From: an uncultured virus (IMG/VR IMGVR_UViG_3300002092_000003)
Lineage: Duplodnaviria > Heunggongvirae > Uroviricota > Caudoviricetes
Virus record (IMG/VR): IMGVR_UViG_3300002092_000003
Location: 1 to 64,000 of that record
Reading direction: 5' to 3' (one strand)
DNA: 64,000 nt
Under the pieces are notes generated by a model. It made no database searches. It saw only the letters and a list, made by a program, of their open reading frames with translations, and was not told the origin of the DNA. The position numbers and the translations under genes are program-made. Of this stretch, positions 55,076 to 64,000 are shown piece after piece; position 1 is the stretch's first letter; every line of letters begins with the position of its first letter.

Positions 55076-57186
55076 TATTGTTTAGGTCCTTGCGGAGGTG
55101 GCGGTGGTGGAAGTTGAACTCCTGCGCTAGCCATCCCAGCTTGGGGAGTCATTGGTAGCCCTTGTAGAGGAGCTGATGGTACGGGCATGTTTGGCATTCC
55201 AGCTTGAGGAGTCATTGGTAGCCCTTGTAGAGGAGCTGATGGTACGGGCATGTTTGGCATTCCAGCTTGAGGAGCGCCTGCTTGCGGTCCCGGAGCTTGT
55301 GTTAAATCTCCCGGAGTTGGACCTTGAGGTGCTGCTGGAGGGATTGGTTGTTGATTTAATGCTTGCATTAAGCCGGGGTCCATTTGTCTAGCAATGTTAA
55401 TGTGATCCATAATATGATCGAGTACAACCTTAGAGATCACTTGATCTTTTCGTAAATTAGGATCAGCTAATACTGACTTATGTTGTTTAATATGGACCAT
55501 GTGATCATCTATAGCTAACACAGGTACGACTGTTCCTGACATCATCATTTCATTTTCAAGTTCAATTAAATTCTCTTCTCGAACTAAAGGATCGGTCATT
55601 ACTTCAATCTTACCTGTATTAATTACTTGTAAATATTGATCGATGGTAAAGCTTTCCGCTTTCATTTGAAGCATCTGTTCTGCCATTTGAATACGCCCTG
55701 CAGTTGTACGTGCAAGAGGATTTCCAACATCAACTACTACTCTATTGATTTCTTGTAAGTCATCAGATTTGAATTCTTTTATGTATGTTTTGTTATTCTT
55801 ACCTACAATAGAAGCCACTCGTGGCGATTGTGCATAATCTTTTAGTACTTCTATTAAGCCTGTTCCCATGTCTTCCATTAATGCAACATATTGTTGTTGA
55901 AGTCCTGAGATAAATTGTATAGCCATTGACTGTACTAATGCTAAAGCTGTTCCTGATTTCAAATTAGCTTCAGGGTTTCCACGAGTAACACTATTAATAC
56001 CAGAAAGTGTCTCAATTGTACGTTCAAGGGTGCCTAAAAATTCCATAGTTTGCGGAGAAGTTGACTGTAAATTTAATGCAACAGGAGGTTCTAAACCTTC
56101 TATAATATTTAATGCTCCAGACAGATTTGTCATGTTAACATTTGAGCCAGTTTTCACGAAAATATTCTGAACACCAAAGGCGGTATGATTTGATAATACT
56201 GAAGAGTATAAACTGTTAATTGCTTCCTGTAAAGGCATTAAATCAAATAGATTTGAATAACCAAACGGAGTTCCTAAGTAATCATTAGGGCTAATTCTAA
56301 AAATTGGAATACGTCTATATGGTAAAGGTTGGTCCAAAAGAATAATGTGATCATTTAAAAATACTAATTCACGTCCATCTGGCATAGAATCTGTTTTTCT
56401 GTGATGAAAAGTATAAACTCCTACCTCTTCTGATTCAGCATGGTTAAATACTTTTAAATAGTATCCATCTGCCATATCTTTAGTCGGCAGTCCTAAAATA
56501 TCATCTGTATATTCTGGGTATTTAGCAACAAGATCGTGTCTGTTTTTAAATGTTCGAGAAATAATCCAATCGTGATCATTATCTTCCTTAGACATATCAA
56601 AAATAACATCAAAGGGCGATAAATTAGAGAATTTAACATCTCCTTCATGGATGGATAATCCAGTTTCTTCGTCTGATTCTACTACTTTACCTTCAGTAGC
56701 ATCCCATTCCATTTTAACATACCCTGCACCGAGTACAATAGCCATTTCTACGGCGGTGCGGATGTATCTTTCCATACGTTTTTCACGCATATAATAATCT
56801 AAAAGCCCATTAGCTAATTGTGTTTGAACAAGAGATTTATAGTCGGTATTTGCTGCTCTAGCTTCAAGAGATGGACGGGAACTTGTAGTCATTACGAGCA
56901 TATGCTGCCCTAAATTTCGAACATGGTTAACGGCTAGGTTTGTTAATTCTCCCTGTTCTCCTCCGAATGTAACTTGATGACTATTTACTGCATTTGCAAA
57001 GAACGCTCCGTGATATGCCATCCATACATCTCGTAGCTTTTGCATAAAACCATTAGCTCTTAACGCATTGGTCCAATCATTGATTTTCGCCATCATTATG
57101 GCGGCAGCTTCTGGTCCGTCTTTGGCGGCAAAATATGCTTTATCGGAATTAGTGTTACTTTTAGCAGTTTGATCGATTCTAGCCAT
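55075..57186 (-). CDS. portal protein (podovirus type)
   Basis: 703 aa after TerL; GAGYVKMEWD, SPFDV, LMPLQEAIN, SGINSVTRG...SGTAL; Pro/Gln tail. Confidence 0.88.
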   Translation of the reverse strand: MARIDQTAKSNTNSDKAYFAAKDGPEAAAIMMAKINDWTNALRANGFMQKLRDVWMAYHGAFFANAVNSHQVTFGGEQGELTNLAVNHVRNLGQHMLVMTTSSRPSLEARAANTDYKSLVQTQLANGLLDYYMREKRMERYIRTAVEMAIVLGAGYVKMEWDATEGKVVESDEETGLSIHEGDVKFSNLSPFDVIFDMSKEDNDHDWIISRTFKNRHDLVAKYPEYTDDILGLPTKDMADGYYLKVFNHAESEEVGVYTFHHRKTDSMPDGRELVFLNDHIILLDQPLPYRRIPIFRISPNDYLGTPFGYSNLFDLMPLQEAINSLYSSVLSNHTAFGVQNIFVKTGSNVNMTNLSGALNIIEGLEPPVALNLQSTSPQTMEFLGTLERTIETLSGINSVTRGNPEANLKSGTALALVQSMAIQFISGLQQQYVALMEDMGTGLIEVLKDYAQSPRVASIVGKNNKTYIKEFKSDDLQEINRVVVDVGNPLARTTAGRIQMAEQMLQMKAESFTIDQYLQVINTGKIEVMTDPLVREENLIELENEMMMSGTVVPVLAIDDHMVHIKQHKSVLADPNLRKDQVISKVVLDHIMDHINIARQMDPGLMQALNQQPIPPAAPQGPTPGDLTQAPGPQAGAPQAGMPNMPVPSAPLQGLPMTPQAGMPNMPVPSAPLQGLPMTPQAGMASAGVQLPPPPPPQGPKQ
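55132..55273. repeat. 63-bp tandem repeat (about 2.2 copies) in the portal C-terminus
   Basis: encodes PQAGMPNMPVPSAPLQGLPMT twice. Confidence 0.9.
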
Positions 57187-57202
57187 TAAATACCTCTATT
57201 AT

Positions 57203-57212
57203 TATTTGTTAA
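57203..57212 (-). promoter_or_regulatory. putative phage late promoter
   Basis: TTAACAAATA-ATAA-TAG before the portal. Confidence 0.7.
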
Positions 57213-57235
57213 TATAGAGATTTCAGAGGTTTAGG

Positions 57236-57946
57236 CTAAAATTTATTGTTTTTGCTGGAATTTTCTGAAAACGGGATGACTTGTAAGTTCCAAGGAACAT
57301 GAAGCCCTGATACGGTTTTTCCTTGCAAAGGAACTTGATGATCAACAGAATATCTAATTCCAGTTTCTTTTGTTAAACGAGATGCTTCTTTATAAAATGC
57401 TCTTATTTGCTTAAAATGCTCCTTGGTTAACCAAGGAGGAGTTCTTTGCAGCTTGGCTGCTCGACGTTTTCCTGTTTTAGCGTTTATTTTGTCAGGATTT
57501 TGCTGTCCGTATCTGCGATCTTTCTCTCTCATCTTATCTATATTTGCATTATAATATATTTTTCGTTTAGCAATAATTTCATCTCTATGTTTTAGTTCGT
57601 ATTCTTTTTTTACAAAAGCAACTCGGTCTTTGTTTTTTGCAACATATTCTCTTTGTCTAATCTTTATCCGTTCTTTATTTTTTTCTTGATATATATGAGT
57701 AATTTCTTTTATATGTTCTTTATTTTCAACTGCATATCGTCTTTTTCTAGCTCTAGCTTCTGCTAAATGATTTTTATCATAAGTCGATTTAGTTTTTTTG
57801 ATCTTATCTTTATTTTCTAGTCGATATGTAGTTATTAGTATTTTAGTGCAACTTTTGCATATAGTTTTTAGTCCATCAGTCATGCCTTTATGTTTGGTAA
57901 ATTCTGTTAAAGTTAAATATTGGTTACATCTACTACAGTTTTTCAT
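57236..57946 (-). CDS. HNH homing endonuclease
   Basis: RRAAKLQRTPPWL...VDHQVPLQGKTVSGLHVPWNLQVI...N.SKNN. Confidence 0.9.
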   Translation of the reverse strand: MKNCSRCNQYLTLTEFTKHKGMTDGLKTICKSCTKILITTYRLENKDKIKKTKSTYDKNHLAEARARKRRYAVENKEHIKEITHIYQEKNKERIKIRQREYVAKNKDRVAFVKKEYELKHRDEIIAKRKIYYNANIDKMREKDRRYGQQNPDKINAKTGKRRAAKLQRTPPWLTKEHFKQIRAFYKEASRLTKETGIRYSVDHQVPLQGKTVSGLHVPWNLQVIPFSENSSKNNKF

Positions 57947-57950
57947 AAGT

Positions 57951-59384
57951 TTATCTTTTTCTATTATTTCTAAATGGATTAGACATAACTTCTCGCATTC
58001 CTTGTTCGAATGTCATTGTCTTATCACTATTAGGATCATACACGTCTCCTACTGAATTGTCAAATCCATAAGGATATGGATTTTTGGTTTTTTGAATGTT
58101 TCTAAGCATATAAGAAAGAGCATCTATAGCATCCGCATGTCCATTATCCGGAGTTCTGTCGTAACTAGTTCGTTGTTTATTCCATGTTCCTGATTTTAAA
58201 TGAAAAATTAAAGTCTTACAACGGGGATTTATAGATAACATCTCATCACTTATAGATAATCTTACATTATTTAATGCAGCCTCTTTATTATCTTTCTGCG
58301 TTGGTCTTATCGATAGACCATAATCTACAGTAAGTTCGTTCAATAAAATTAAATTGTTATTATCTGCCACCCTCATATATGGCTTTTTGAATCCCCATAG
58401 TGATTCTTCTTTATCGCCAATTAATGTAGCTAGTTTACTAGTAGTGAGTTCTCTTCCTTTAATTACAATCTCATCTTCGATTACCATTATTCCGGCTCTA
58501 AAATCATAATATCCAAAAAGAGCTACGGTGAGATCCCTAAAGCCTATGTCGAGCGAAACATAAGAATCAAAAAAAGGAGGTCGTTTCCTTTCGTGTACAA
58601 TTAATTCCATATTTTCTTCTGTTGCTTCAGGAATGATAGCAGATTCCTCATCAGTAATCATCATGCATAAATATTCTCGTTTAAAATCAGTAGAATCCTT
58701 TCCTCCTACTTCTTTTGCAAACATTTCAACATCTTCTATCGTATAGCGAGGGCAATCATGTATTGTTTTTTTTACTAAAGTTCCATCAAATTCGGCTTGT
58801 TTAATAATGTCATAGAACGGATGATTTGCTGACCTCGGAGGAGTACTACATATCAATAAGTTACCTCGCGTAGTATTTAATTTAGGAAATAAAACTGATT
58901 TTAAAATATAATCTAAATCATCTACGAACCCTGCTTCATCAACAATAATCAAATGTGACTTACTTCCTCGTAAATCATCAGCTCTATCTTGATTTAATGC
59001 ACCGAGTTCAAGAATAGAACCATTCGGAAATCTAAATAAGTTGTCTTGTGATTTATATTCCGGTGCAATATCTTTAGGGCAAGTCTTTAACACTTCGCGC
59101 AATGTAGTTTTTGCAATTTTCTTTGCTTGATTAAGCCTTGGAGCACAAAAGGTTACAATTATTCCCGGTCGTTGTAAACATTCTTGCACTGCTATAGTAG
59201 ATAGTGCATAAGTCTTCCCGCTTTGGCGAGAAAGTACTACAACTTGTGTTTTAATGTTATTTTCTTTATATTGTTTGTAAACTTCTTTCTGATTTTTATC
59301 AAGAAGGAATTCTACAATGTTCCCTTGCCTCCATAATATTTCACGGGCTTGGGCGGGACTGAATTTTGTTGGAATATCTGACAT
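57951..59384 (-). CDS. terL: terminase large subunit
   Basis: SRQSGKT Walker A, IIVDEAG Walker B, STP coupling motif, REYLC, SLDIG and HADAIDA nuclease Asp residues. Confidence 0.93.
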   Translation of the reverse strand: MSDIPTKFSPAQAREILWRQGNIVEFLLDKNQKEVYKQYKENNIKTQVVVLSRQSGKTYALSTIAVQECLQRPGIIVTFCAPRLNQAKKIAKTTLREVLKTCPKDIAPEYKSQDNLFRFPNGSILELGALNQDRADDLRGSKSHLIIVDEAGFVDDLDYILKSVLFPKLNTTRGNLLICSTPPRSANHPFYDIIKQAEFDGTLVKKTIHDCPRYTIEDVEMFAKEVGGKDSTDFKREYLCMMITDEESAIIPEATEENMELIVHERKRPPFFDSYVSLDIGFRDLTVALFGYYDFRAGIMVIEDEIVIKGRELTTSKLATLIGDKEESLWGFKKPYMRVADNNNLILLNELTVDYGLSIRPTQKDNKEAALNNVRLSISDEMLSINPRCKTLIFHLKSGTWNKQRTSYDRTPDNGHADAIDALSYMLRNIQKTKNPYPYGFDNSVGDVYDPNSDKTMTFEQGMREVMSNPFRNNRKR

Positions 59385-59385
59385 A

Positions 59386-59790
59386 CTATTGCTCTTTGTC
59401 AGTTTCTATCGCTTGTAGTGCTAGATTTATTAGATCTTCCTGACTTAACTGCTCTTGTTTCTTGGGTTTTGCTTTTGGTAACTCTTTTCCTTGTATATTT
59501 AGCATACACTTTACATATATATCAAATGCTCGTATTTGTTTGTCGTCTAATGGTTGTATCTTTGCTTCTTTGTATAAGCGTTCTATTTCCAGTTTACAGA
59601 GTTCTAATTCATTTGAAGCTACTGGTATGCTTTCATCTTTAGAATGCATCATAAGGGCTTCTAGGTGCCTTATACGATCACTTAATTTAGTATTCTCAGC
59701 CTGAGTTGAGGCAACTAATGTAAAAAGATCCTCAGTATAATTCTGAAGTTCCTTTAAGTTCTTAAAATTAGAGAAATCTATCTTAGCCAT
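59386..59790 (-). CDS. possible terminase small subunit
   Basis: helical 134-aa protein directly upstream of terL; position only. Confidence 0.35.
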   Translation of the reverse strand: MAKIDFSNFKNLKELQNYTEDLFTLVASTQAENTKLSDRIRHLEALMMHSKDESIPVASNELELCKLEIERLYKEAKIQPLDDKQIRAFDIYVKCMLNIQGKELPKAKPKKQEQLSQEDLINLALQAIETDKEQ

Positions 59791-59807
59791 ATAGGAAGTA
59801 TCCTTGC

Positions 59808-60107
59808 TTATTTAAATCTCACTCCGCCAGCTCCCATTGAACCGCTCATTTTGATTGCATTCATTGAAGATCGGGTTTCAGTAACTACTTCTTCCATTCT
59901 TGAAATCTTTTCTAGTATATCTTCATTTAACTTAACTGCTTTTATCTGATTAACATACTTATCATAGCTTAAATACGCTAATGCTGCGATAAATATAAGT
60001 GAATCTGCAAAAGAAGGGTGAAATATTATTATTCTTGTAAGATAAATACAAATAAGTATTAATAGGTGATTATACCCTTTAAATTGTTCGATCATTTTGC
60101 TCTCCAT
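59808..60107 (-). CDS. two-TM + coiled-coil membrane protein
   Basis: first gene of the late block. Confidence 0.6.
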   Translation of the reverse strand: MESKMIEQFKGYNHLLILICIYLTRIIIFHPSFADSLIFIAALAYLSYDKYVNQIKAVKLNEDILEKISRMEEVVTETRSSMNAIKMSGSMGAGGVRFK

Positions 60108-60195
60108 AGCGATGTTAAAAAAGTAGAGGAAGGCGTTAGCATCTATAAATTGTGTTACACTAGTAACGATATGATTTGCTTTGCACTACTATATC

Positions 60196-60205
60196 TATTT
60201 GTTAA
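60196..60205 (-). promoter_or_regulatory. putative phage late promoter
   Basis: TTAACAAATA-GATA-TAG. Confidence 0.7.
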
Positions 60206-60402
60206 AATACTAAACCTTCGTTTCAGACTACTATAGGATAGAATATACAAATTCTCTCTTTTAGTATTATAAGCTATTAATATTACAACAAATATATACA
60301 ATTTGTAAGAATATTCCGATGCATTTGGAGTGGTAACGGAGGTTGCGTTCACAGCTCCGCTCCCTTTCAGGAGCTAGAGTGTTCGGAGGAGAGGATGCTT
60401 CT

Positions 60403-60431
60403 ATTATACACATTACTAAAAAAGCTGTCAA
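60403..60431 (-). promoter_or_regulatory. consensus sigma70 promoter
   Basis: TTGACA-17 nt-TATAAT on the - strand. Confidence 0.75.
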
Positions 60432-60542
60432 GCATAAAATTATACCAACATCTGATCTTTAAGTAAAAACAAATATATACGATAAAAATATAATTGTAGA
60501 CATTTGTTTAGTTTTCGTGTTATCCTATTTTTAGGAGATTTT

Positions 60543-60749
60543 ATGTCAAAAATTAACTATGATAAAATGAACCGAACTAGAAATGTATATGATAGAGGTT
60601 ATAGTCCTCGAAGCTACAGTAGAATTAAAGTTGAATTTGCAACTGTAAAACAGAAAGAGTTAATGGTTAAACTTGGAATCGATTTTGGTAGATTAATCTC
60701 AAAAAGAGACGCTTCTGACCTTATATCGAAAAGACTTGACAGAAAATAA
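60543..60749 (+). CDS. hypothetical protein
   Basis: AGGAG SD; ATVKQ...LGI...ISKRDASDLI. Confidence 0.7.
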   Translation: MSKINYDKMNRTRNVYDRGYSPRSYSRIKVEFATVKQKELMVKLGIDFGRLISKRDASDLISKRLDRK

Positions 60750-60764
60750 ATACTATGATAGGAT
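60736..60764 (+). promoter_or_regulatory. sigma70-type promoter
   Basis: TTGACA-17 nt-TAGGAT with extended TG. Confidence 0.55.
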
Positions 60765-60803
60765 ACGTTATCCAGCTTTTATTCCCCGTAGAAGCTAAAT
60801 ATA

Positions 60804-60836
60804 GTGCAACAGGATTAAAACACTTGTTGCATTTTT
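60804..60836 (+). terminator. intrinsic terminator
   Basis: TGCAACAGG-loop-CTTGTTGCA then TTTTT. Confidence 0.7.
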
Positions 60837-60851
60837 AATTTAGGAAGATGC

Positions 60852-61235
60852 ATGATTACAATGTCTGAAATTTTAAAAGGGAAAACATTAGCCGATCAGT
60901 CTCATGCTATTCAAGATAATTTGGAAGAGCTTCTTGAGAAGATTAATAAGGTGCGAGTTGCATATAATCAACCGATGATTGTAACTTCTGGACTTAGATC
61001 TTCAGAAGATCAGGCTCGAATAAATCCAAAGGCTTCTCATAGTAAACATTTGACGGGAAATGCAGTTGATATTCAAGATCTCGATGGAAATCTACATCAA
61101 TGGTGTAAAGATAATGAATCTCTATTAACCGAAATCGGATTGTGGTTAGAGAATCGACAAGGTGTGTGGCAGCATTTTCAAAGTATTCCTTTTGGATCTT
61201 ATCAGTCTGGTGGAACAATTTGGTTTAACCCCTAG
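60852..61235 (+). CDS. peptidase M15-family endolysin
   Basis: VTSGLRS, SKHLTGNAVDI, WQHFQ zinc ligands. Confidence 0.85.
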   Translation: MITMSEILKGKTLADQSHAIQDNLEELLEKINKVRVAYNQPMIVTSGLRSSEDQARINPKASHSKHLTGNAVDIQDLDGNLHQWCKDNESLLTEIGLWLENRQGVWQHFQSIPFGSYQSGGTIWFNP

Positions 61236-61243
61236 GAATATAT

Positions 61244-61447
61244 ATGAAAAAAAGCGAAATAATTAAAAGATTATGCATCTTTGCAGATAAAGAACAATTA
61301 TTTGATTTACGAGATCAATATGATTATTCAATAGCGAAGAAAATACTTCAATTTTTAGAAGATGAAGGGATGGTTCCACCTTTATTATATACAGGAACTC
61401 AAACAGAACCTACTGACATTTATGATTGGGAATCGGAAGATGTATAA
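61244..61447 (+). CDS. hypothetical protein, paralogue of 2501..2725
   Basis: MKKSE...GMVPP...WE. Confidence 0.7.
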   Translation: MKKSEIIKRLCIFADKEQLFDLRDQYDYSIAKKILQFLEDEGMVPPLLYTGTQTEPTDIYDWESEDV

Positions 61448-61643
61448 ATTCAAAAAAGTAAGCGATCCCCAAAATAGATTCGATAACGTTGAAATCGAGC
61501 ATTCAGCAGATGTAGTTACGGCTTCCGATCTCGCGGAAGCTTTCTATTTTTTTGCAATAGGTTGTGGATTTCAGCCTACGTCAGTAATTTCAGGGATGGA
61601 AACAGTATTAGAACAATACAAAAAGGACGAAGATGAGCAGTAA
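61440..61643 (+). CDS. hypothetical protein
   Basis: MYKFKK...LAEAFYFFAIGCGF. Confidence 0.65.
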   Translation: MYKFKKVSDPQNRFDNVEIEHSADVVTASDLAEAFYFFAIGCGFQPTSVISGMETVLEQYKKDEDEQ

Positions 61644-62175
61644 AGAACCTAGATTACCAAAAGAACTTACTGGAAAGCCTAGACATCTTCCTCGAATGCC
61701 AGAAAATATATTAGATTACAGTGACATGGAAAGACTAGGGGATGCTGAAGTATTACAACGTTCTGCGGAGAATCTTTCGATGGAGCAAAATGAATTAAAA
61801 AGAATTATTGACGTATACCATAAAAACATGCTATTATGTCTTACTGAAGGGTATGTAGTTACTATTCCGAATGTAGTAAGTCTTTATACTGCCGTTTATA
61901 AACCTAGAGAGGGTGTTCGCGGTGTGTTATCAAATGGATTTGAACGAGTAGAACAGTGGTCGATATCAATTAGAGCGGTTACGAAATCTATAGCAAGAAG
62001 AATTGTAAGAAAGAACGCAAAATATATTAGGGAGACTCACGGTTATGAAGCTTTATTTGAACCAGAACCAAACAAGTTACTTGAACGAAATTATTTCTAC
62101 AACTGCATTGACCGCCCAAAAAGCGAACGATGGGCAGGTGGCAAAGATCCTCGCAGATCTGGCGAAGAAAATTAG
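61633..62175 (+). CDS. possible HU/IHF-like DNA-binding protein
   Basis: AENLSMEQNELKRIIDVYHKNMLLCLTEGYVVTIPNVVSL...PREG resembles the HU helices and strand. Confidence 0.4.
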   Translation: MSSKEPRLPKELTGKPRHLPRMPENILDYSDMERLGDAEVLQRSAENLSMEQNELKRIIDVYHKNMLLCLTEGYVVTIPNVVSLYTAVYKPREGVRGVLSNGFERVEQWSISIRAVTKSIARRIVRKNAKYIRETHGYEALFEPEPNKLLERNYFYNCIDRPKSERWAGGKDPRRSGEEN

Positions 62176-62476
62176 TCCCAAACATAGTTATGTAAAGCTA
62201 AAAGCCTACGAAGCGGAATATGTATTAGAGTACATTGAGGCTACTAGAAGTGCTTTAGATGATGCATTAGTTACTTTATCTACAGATGAAAGAGAAGAGA
62301 AAGATCGCCTCATACAAAAAGCTACAGGGATGAGAGATGAATTAGAAGGTGTAGTATTTTTAATCCGATCTAAAGGAATACTTACCCAAGCAGAAAAAGA
62401 AGTGGAATATAATAGAGCAATGAATAAAGATATTGAAGCCGCAATAAGCTATGAGCCGGAAATCGAAAATGTTTAA
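62045..62476 (+). CDS. hypothetical protein
   Basis: 143-aa helical ORF with GGAG SD. Confidence 0.6.
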   Translation: MKLYLNQNQTSYLNEIISTTALTAQKANDGQVAKILADLAKKISPKHSYVKLKAYEAEYVLEYIEATRSALDDALVTLSTDEREEKDRLIQKATGMRDELEGVVFLIRSKGILTQAEKEVEYNRAMNKDIEAAISYEPEIENV

Positions 62477-62705
62477 TCCTCCTACTTGCCAATGTACAAC
62501 ATGTGATACAGTGCTCAGATCCCGGTGGGAAGGGCACTTTGTCCGTTGCGAATGTGGAGAATCTTTTGTTGATCAGACACGCTACTATAGCCGATATGGC
62601 GGTAATGTTAAGTCTATTGAACAACTTTTAGCAATAGATTTTTATGCCATTATTTTTAGTGAGAATCTACAAGAATTTCTTGACCAAAATCCAGAAATGG
62701 AGTAG
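62451..62705 (+). CDS. small zinc-ribbon protein
   Basis: QCTTCDTVLRS...FVRCECGESFVD. Confidence 0.65.
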   Translation: MSRKSKMFNPPTCQCTTCDTVLRSRWEGHFVRCECGESFVDQTRYYSRYGGNVKSIEQLLAIDFYAIIFSENLQEFLDQNPEME

Positions 62706-62740
62706 TATCTTTCTCAGGCTAACACTATCAAGGGGAATCA

Positions 62741-64000
62741 GTGAACTTATCTAATAAACTTCTTTCGGACATTACAGCATTCAGAACTTACGCAAAATAT
62801 ATGGCACATTTAGGTCGCAGAGAAACTCTCTCAGAAACTATTAATCGTGACATGATTATGCATCTTCAGAAATTCCCAAAGCTTTCTAACGAAATTACAA
62901 AATCATTTAGGTATGTGCATGATTTAAAAGTTATGCCTTCTATGCGAGCTTTGCAGTTCGCCGGTGAAGCAGTATTAAAAAATAATATGCGTCAATTTAA
63001 TTGTTCGTATGCACCTATCGACGATACAAAAGTATTCAGTGAAGCATTATTTCTTTTGCTTTCCGGTGTAGGGTTTGGATTTTCTGTTCAACAAAGACAT
63101 ATCAGTAAATTACCAAAGCTTAAGAAACCAAACGAAAGTGTTCGTTATATTGTACACGATAGTATTGAAGGGTGGAGTGATGCATTAAACACTCTATTAG
63201 AAGCATTCTTTTTCGGTAAAATTAAACCTGATTTTGATTTATCTTTAATTCGCGCAAAGGGTTCTTATTTAGTAACTACTGGAGCAAAAGCTCCCGGTCC
63301 AGAACCTCTTAAAGTAATGTTAAAGCAAATAGAAGAGCGTTTAAATTTATCTATAGGACGACGATTAACTTCATTAGAAGTGCATGATATTGTGTGTATT
63401 ATTTCAGATGCAGTATTGGCGGGAGGCATAAGACGTGCCGCGCTTATTTCTCTATTCGATAGAACAGACATTGCAATGTTAAAATGTAAACATGGAAACT
63501 GGTGGGAAAAGCATCCTTATCGCGCTCGTGCAAATAATAGTGCCGTATTGCCGAGAGGCAAAACCACAAAAGAAGAATTTGATTTCATCTACGATATGTG
63601 TAGAGATAGCGGAAGTGGTGAGCCGGGAATTTATTGGACAAACAATGAAGATCACGGAACAAATCCATGCAAACCATTGTATTCTACTATACTAACCGAC
63701 AAGGGATATATTACATTTGAGCAAGCATTAAAACTAGAATCATTAATGGTAATGGGAATAGATGGAAAATACAAAGAAGCATCCAAACCGTTTAAAACGG
63801 GATCTCAAAGAACAATTACAAAAATAACATTATCTAATGGTAAATATTTATTTGGAACAGAAAATCATTTACATATGTTAGAGTCTAATGAGTGGAAGAG
63901 AATGGATGAACTTGAAATAGGAGATCATTTAAAATTCTCAACTAATAAAATATTTGCCACTGAAGTTGATAATAAAAAAGAATATGAAGACGGATTATTT
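62741..64000 (+). CDS. nrdJ: class II (B12-dependent) ribonucleotide reductase, partial, intein-containing
   Basis: GTG start after AGGGG; RTYAK, RRET, PSMRALQFAG, FNCSY, GVGFGFSV, VLAGGIRRAALI, RANNS, GEPG, GTNP; runs off the window. Confidence 0.9.
   Translation, partial: MNLSNKLLSDITAFRTYAKYMAHLGRRETLSETINRDMIMHLQKFPKLSNEITKSFRYVHDLKVMPSMRALQFAGEAVLKNNMRQFNCSYAPIDDTKVFSEALFLLLSGVGFGFSVQQRHISKLPKLKKPNESVRYIVHDSIEGWSDALNTLLEAFFFGKIKPDFDLSLIRAKGSYLVTTGAKAPGPEPLKVMLKQIEERLNLSIGRRLTSLEVHDIVCIISDAVLAGGIRRAALISLFDRTDIAMLKCKHGNWWEKHPYRARANNSAVLPRGKTTKEEFDFIYDMCRDSGSGEPGIYWTNNEDHGTNPCKPLYSTILTDKGYITFEQALKLESLMVMGIDGKYKEASKPFKTGSQRTITKITLSNGKYLFGTENHLHMLESNEWKRMDELEIGDHLKFSTNKIFATEVDNKKEYEDGLF
63668..64000 (+). 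mobile_element. intein at the RNR NP/C active-site position (partial)
   Basis: GTNP|CKPLYSTILTDKG block A; ITLSNGKYLFGTENH block B; WKRMDELEIGD. Confidence 0.88.

Noticed and set aside
60155..60352. 65-aa - strand ORF as a real gene
   Set aside because: No recognisable features, and it runs across the late promoter motif and an AT-rich intergenic tract; not fully excluded.
1..64000. tRNA/rRNA genes, CRISPR arrays, integrase, alternative genetic code
   Set aside because: None recognised by eye; long genes read intact in the standard code and use all three stop codons. tRNAscan was not run.

Overview
This window is part of an AT-rich dsDNA tailed-phage genome with podovirus-like organisation (no tape measure or sheath seen); the host cannot be read from the sequence. 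It has three blocks. (1) 1-22.4 kb, + strand, early/replication genes: a MoxR AAA+/VWA pair, AEP primase-SF4 helicase, family B DNA polymerase, a metallophosphoesterase, dNMP kinase, HNH/EndoVII nucleases, a signal-peptide ClpP-like protease and lysis-like membrane genes. (2) 22.4-60.1 kb, - strand, virion genes: terminase, portal, scaffold, major capsid, adaptor/nozzle, tail fibres and ejection proteins. (3) From 60.5 kb, + strand: an M15 endolysin and a class II ribonucleotide reductase with an intein, running off the end. The most striking unexplained signal is a dispersed family of about 22 small (49-79 aa) early ORFs with unrelated bodies but a shared C-terminal motif, [VI]xx[ST]K[LVI][IVL][RK][AS]L; in many members the motif codons also supply the Shine-Dalgarno of the next gene. 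Other highlights: a fully resolvable group I intron with an HNH ORF splitting the major capsid gene; a candidate late promoter TTAACAAATA-N4-TAG in 7 intergenic copies; a Hint domain on a putative ejection protein plus a stand-alone degenerate Hint; an FxxLxxxL motif shared by putative internal virion proteins; and an HNH + Mom-like cassette. All calls come from motif recognition by eye; no database searches were run.
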